A stretch of 64,000 bases of DNA, from positions 448,001-512,000 of the forward strand of contig CAVSGM010000002.1 in NCBI GenBank assembly GCA_963727485.1, in the 5' to 3' direction. The DNA comes from an uncultured delta proteobacterium (GTDB taxonomy: Bacteria > Myxococcota > Myxococcia > SLRQ01). Shown here in pieces: positions 61,716 through 64,000 of the stretch. Position 1 is the stretch's first letter, and each line of letters opens with the position of its first letter. The notes under the pieces are model-generated. The model saw only the letters and a list, made by a program, of their open reading frames with translations, was not told where the DNA came from and did no database searches. The position numbers and the translations under genes were made by a program.

Positions 61716-62233
61716 CTCGCCTGCTCCAGGTCCACCAGGCCCTCGGGGAGGTCGACCACCATCCGTCCGGCGGCGCGGTCGACCTCCACCAGGAAGGCCG
61801 CGACCGCCGGGAGGAGCCAGGCGCCCCCGGGGCCGTCCACGGTGAGGAGGTCCTGGAGCCCCGCGGTCTCCACGCCGGTGACCGTGCCCAGGACCCGCCC
61901 GTCCCCGTCGACCACGGCGAGGCCGAGGAGATTGGCGAGGTAGGTGTCCTCGGGGGCCTCGGGGAGGACCTCCCGGGGGACGCTCACCTCGCGCCCGGTG
62001 AGGGCGGCGGCGGCGTCCCGGTCCCCCACCCCCTCGAGGCGCAGGAGCCAGGCGCCACCGGGGCCCGGGCGGCTGCCGAGGACCGGCCGGAGGGCCCCGT
62101 CCCCGAGATCCACCGCCTCGAGCTCGCCGGGGAGCTCCGAGTCGGGGTTGTAGGGCACCAGGCGAACCTCGCCTCGGACGCCATGGGGGCGCCCGAGCCT
62201 GCCCACGGGGACCCGGCGCGTGTCACCCGCCAC
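61712..62233 (-). CDS. rimM: Ribosome maturation factor RimM
   Basis: [14 protein letters not shown] and L.GL.V....G..LG.V; position between khpA and trmD. Confidence 0.9.
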   Translation of the reverse strand: MAGDTRRVPVGRLGRPHGVRGEVRLVPYNPDSELPGELEAVDLGDGALRPVLGSRPGPGGAWLLRLEGVGDRDAAAALTGREVSVPREVLPEAPEDTYLANLLGLAVVDGDGRVLGTVTGVETAGLQDLLTVDGPGGAWLLPAVAAFLVEVDRAAGRMVVDLPEGLVDLEQAR

Positions 62234-62237
62234 GGCC

Positions 62238-62474
62238 CTACTCGAGGATCTCGAGGACCGACCGCTTGTGCAGCTTGGTGGAGGCAGCACTCAGGAGGGT
62301 GCGCATCGCCGCGGCGGTGCGCCCCTTCTTCCCGATCACCTTGCCCAGGTCTTCCTTGGCGACCTTCAGCTCGATGACCGAGGTCTGCTCGCCCACGATC
62401 TCGCGGACCTCGACCTCTTCCGGCTTGTCCACCAGCGCTTCGGCGATGGTGGCGATGAGCTCCTTGAGAGCCAA
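62238..62474 (-). CDS. khpA: KH-domain RNA-binding protein KhpA
   Basis: [38 protein letters not shown] start. Confidence 0.9.
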   Translation of the reverse strand: MALKELIATIAEALVDKPEEVEVREIVGEQTSVIELKVAKEDLGKVIGKKGRTAAAMRTLLSAASTKLHKRSVLEILE

Positions 62475-62553
62475 CGTGAACCTCCGCGGGGAACGAGAGC
62501 GGGAGCGCCTGGGGGATCGGGCCGGCGGCGCCGACCCGGGAGCGGGAGGCTGT

Positions 62554-62835
62554 CTACTCGGCGGCGGCCGCGGCTGCGGCGGGCGCGTCGGCCTGCTGCT
62601 TCCGGGCGTCCTTGAGCAGCTTGGCCACGCGCTCGGTGGGCAGGGCGCCCATGGAGAGCCAGTGGTCGACCCGCTCGAGCTTGAAGTCCAGGCCCTCGGG
62701 CTCGGTGCCCGGGTTGTAGGTCCCGAGCTTCTCGATGAACCGGCCGTCCCGGGGGAACCGCTTGTCGGCGGCCACCAGGTGGTAGATCGGGGCCTTCTTG
62801 GCGCCCGCACGCTTGAGTCGAAGAACCGTCGCCAT
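62554..62835 (-). CDS. rpsP: 30S ribosomal protein S16
   Basis: [43 protein letters not shown]. Confidence 0.97.
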   Translation of the reverse strand: MATVLRLKRAGAKKAPIYHLVAADKRFPRDGRFIEKLGTYNPGTEPEGLDFKLERVDHWLSMGALPTERVAKLLKDARKQQADAPAAAAAAAE

Positions 62836-62929
62836 GTATGCCTCTGACGTCGCTACGAGGGTGCTGCGAAAAGGATGAACGCGAACGCACGGACGGACTT
62901 CAGGCCCGGCCAAGCGTCGGAAGTGTGGG

Positions 62930-62959
62930 TGAATACGTCGCTTCACCCCCGCCCGTCAA
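62930..62959 (-). promoter_or_regulatory. Possible sigma70-type promoter of the rpsP operon
   Basis: TTGACG-N18-TATTCA about 95 nt upstream of rpsP. Confidence 0.45.
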
Positions 62960-62986
62960 GGCTTTAGACACCCTGGCGGCGTCCCG

Positions 62987-64000
62987 CTAGGGCTTGGGGA
63001 CCCCCACCACCGAGAGGATGGACGAGAGGTCCTGGTCGGTGAAGTAGAACCCGGCGCCGACGAAGAAGTCCCGGGGGTTCTTGTCGAAGATGGGATCGGA
63101 GGCCAGGCTCGGCGGCAGGAGGGTGTGGGCGTTGAGCACGTCGTCCACGCCCCCGGTCACGAAGAGGTGCCCGAGGAACGAGGCGGTGGCGAAGGCGCGC
63201 ACCCGCGGCCACTTCTTGTAGCGGTCGCCGAAGTCGAAGGCCTCGACGGAGAGATTGAGGTGCCCGTGGAAGAGCCCCACGTCCCCGGCGAGGCCCCCGG
63301 TGGTCTCGATGAGGCCGAACTTCCCCGTGAGGCTGAACCCGCCAAAGCGCCACCTGTGGGCCATGAGGGCGTTGAAGGTGAGCTGGTCGGACCGCTTGGC
63401 GATGGTGGTCTGGGTGGGCTTCCCGGCGGCGTCGTAGGTGGTCACCTGGTCGGGCATCCACACCGGCAGGGGGGAGACCACGCCCACCTCGTACCACTTG
63501 TCCTCGGCGGGCTTGAGCCGGACGGTGAACTCCTCGCGGCCGCTGTCGTGGTTCAGGTAGTACTCCGCCCGCATCCGCACCTCGGTCTGGAGGCCGGTGA
63601 GGCGGTTGACGAAGTCGGAGGCGTCGGTGACCGTCTTCTCCAGCTTCCGGGCCAGGGTCTCGTCGGTGAGCAGCTTGCCCACCGTGCCCTTGCCCTGGGC
63701 GACCTTCCGGGTGACGTCCTCGACCTGGGTCAGGGAGGCGTTGAGGGTGTCGAGGCTCTGGCGCAGGCCGGCGACCCCCTCGGAGAGGCCCTTCTGGTTG
63801 GTCCCCAGCATCTGCTTCACCGAGTCGAGGACGTCTTGCACGCTCGAGGCCACCTGGTGGATCTGGCCGGTGACCTCCTCGACGTTGGCGAGGATGGTCT
63901 GGACGGTGCCGGTCTCGCCGGCGGTCAGGTCCCGGGCGCTGCGGGAGAGCGCCTGGAAGTTGGTGAGGATGTCGTTGAGCTTCTCGGAGTTCTCGAGGAT
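62987..64000 (-). CDS. MCE/MlaD-like protein, C-terminal part (truncated by window edge)
   Basis: Frame is open to 64000. Helical repeats and GKGTVGKLLTDE (same motif as the MlaD at 29 kb), then a beta-rich C-terminus. Confidence 0.65.
   Translation of the reverse strand: MLENSEKLNDILTNFQALSRSARDLTAGETGTVQTILANVEEVTGQIHQVASSVQDVLDSVKQMLGTNQKGLSEGVAGLRQSLDTLNASLTQVEDVTRKVAQGKGTVGKLLTDETLARKLEKTVTDASDFVNRLTGLQTEVRMRAEYYLNHDSGREEFTVRLKPAEDKWYEVGVVSPLPVWMPDQVTTYDAAGKPTQTTIAKRSDQLTFNALMAHRWRFGGFSLTGKFGLIETTGGLAGDVGLFHGHLNLSVEAFDFGDRYKKWPRVRAFATASFLGHLFVTGGVDDVLNAHTLLPPSLASDPIFDKNPRDFFVGAGFYFTDQDLSSILSVVGVPKP

Overview
Very GC-rich bacterial chromosome segment. Gene content points to Myxococcota or related Deltaproteobacteria: an AgmX/PglI-type C-terminal domain, an 88-aa RomX-like protein, Cys-rich DGG-linker lipoproteins and two sigma54 enhancer-binding proteins. 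The backbone is housekeeping: yciO-xerD-scpA-scpB-rluB, mutS, slt-selA-HNH-romX-like-rluD, and rpsP-khpA-rimM-trmD-rplS followed by an SMC-like gene, rnhB, yraN and rsmI. It also carries a dispersed Mla/MCE system, several cyclic-nucleotide signalling proteins and secreted lipoproteins. About 15 single-base frameshifts fall in otherwise intact genes and look like long-read assembly errors, so I rebuilt those genes across the breaks. The most interesting element is an AT-richer islet of about 1.7 kb (33.34-35.08 kb) holding a three-gene minus-strand operon. It encodes an MqsR-like toxin, a Zn-ribbon/HTH MqsA-like antitoxin with a long acidic C-terminal tail, and a third beta-rich gene that does not look like SecB, all behind a 6-3-6 palindrome. 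This is a candidate TAC-like tripartite toxin-antitoxin or defence module with a different third component. No rRNA, tRNA, CRISPR array, transposase or prophage integrase was seen. All family calls come from motif recognition by eye, not from database searches.
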